IMG/VR virus record: IMGVR_UViG_2690316344_000011
Length of the DNA: 5,144 nucleotides
Strand: one strand, 5' to 3'
DNA from: a virus
Lineage: Duplodnaviria; Heunggongvirae; Uroviricota; Caudoviricetes
The translations under genes were made by a program, and so were the position numbers. The notes beneath the pieces were generated by a model, which saw nothing but the letters and a program-made list of their open reading frames with translations, did not search any database and was not told the DNA's origin. This document shows positions 4,740-5,144 of the stretch, one piece after another. Each line of letters begins with the position of its first letter. The first letter of the stretch is position 1.

Positions 4740-4740
4740 A

Positions 4741-5064
4741 TTATGCTGCCGGTGCATTTATCTCCAGCATCAGACTTTCTATCTCAACGCCATACGCTGC
4801 ATTTTTTGTAACATCCGTCAGCGTCAGCGCATTCAGTCCCAGTGTCAGACTGTCTTTTATAACCTGGAATGCCGGGCCAGCCACTCCATTCAGTTTCGGA
4901 GTAACCGTGGCACTGCCGGCGGTGAACACCAGCTCCAGCGTCTGCCAGTCGTTACCGTAATCGCCGAACTCCCCCAGCTTCGTGTTTCCGGCTTTCCTGT
5001 GATGCATCAGATTCACCCTGCCGTCAGTGGTCTGAGTGAAGTACGACATCAGGAACGGGAGCAT
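4741..5064 (-). CDS. Hypothetical protein (107 aa), accessory gene directly upstream of the lysis cassette; possibly the 3' remnant of a larger frameshifted gene
   Basis: ORF with E. coli-like codon usage (CTG-rich). In-frame stop at 5106..5104 limits N-terminal extension. A second minus-strand frame is open from the window edge (5144) to about 5027 and overlaps its 5' end. No family recognised. Confidence 0.5.
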   Translation of the reverse strand: MLPFLMSYFTQTTDGRVNLMHHRKAGNTKLGEFGDYGNDWQTLELVFTAGSATVTPKLNGVAGPAFQVIKDSLTLGLNALTLTDVTKNAAYGVEIESLMLEINAPAA

Positions 5065-5144
5065 CCGTATACAGATAAATCCCCAGCCCGAACTGATTGT
5101 TGGTCAGTGCGCCTGACAGGCGGAACTTACAGGTCAGTCTGCCG

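Noticed and set aside
4741-5064. 107-aa ORF as the Q antiterminator, or as a porin fragment like nmpC
   Set aside because: No Cys-rich zinc-binding motif or other Q-like features, and a Q gene would be expected to be longer. A short GEFGDYGNDW stretch vaguely recalls porin sequence, but the C-terminus lacks the aromatic terminal residue and beta-barrel pattern of porins.
1-5144. CRISPR arrays, tRNA or rRNA genes, IS elements or integrase
   Set aside because: No regularly spaced direct repeats, no cloverleaf-like structured segments and no transposase-like or integrase-like ORFs were seen; all coding capacity is accounted for by phage late and accessory genes.

Overview
This window reads as the lysis-cos-terminase junction of a lambdoid (lambda / phage 21 / Qin-like) enterobacterial phage or prophage. 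The late genes all run on the minus strand, from high to low coordinates: a 107-aa accessory ORF (4741..5064), an intrinsic terminator, an S21-type pinholin (4233..4439), a 114-aa ORF (3884..4228), a SAR-type GH24 endolysin (3300..3833), a strong terminator hairpin, two small membrane-protein ORFs of 60 and 43 aa, Rz with embedded Rz1 (2343..2810), an A+T-rich non-coding stretch, a PerC-like regulator gene (1563..1877) and a bidirectional terminator. A convergent plus-strand ORF (1257..1481) resembling the lambda right-end ORF follows, then a complete internal cos site (cosN at 1038..1049) whose cosB carries three non-lambda 11-bp repeats, then the Nu1-like small terminase subunit (345..854) and the start of the gpA-like large subunit (1..373). 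No tRNA, rRNA, CRISPR array or IS element was seen. The most likely undescribed element is the two-gene small-protein module between the endolysin and Rz. All homology statements come from reading the translations against sequences recalled from memory; no database search was run.
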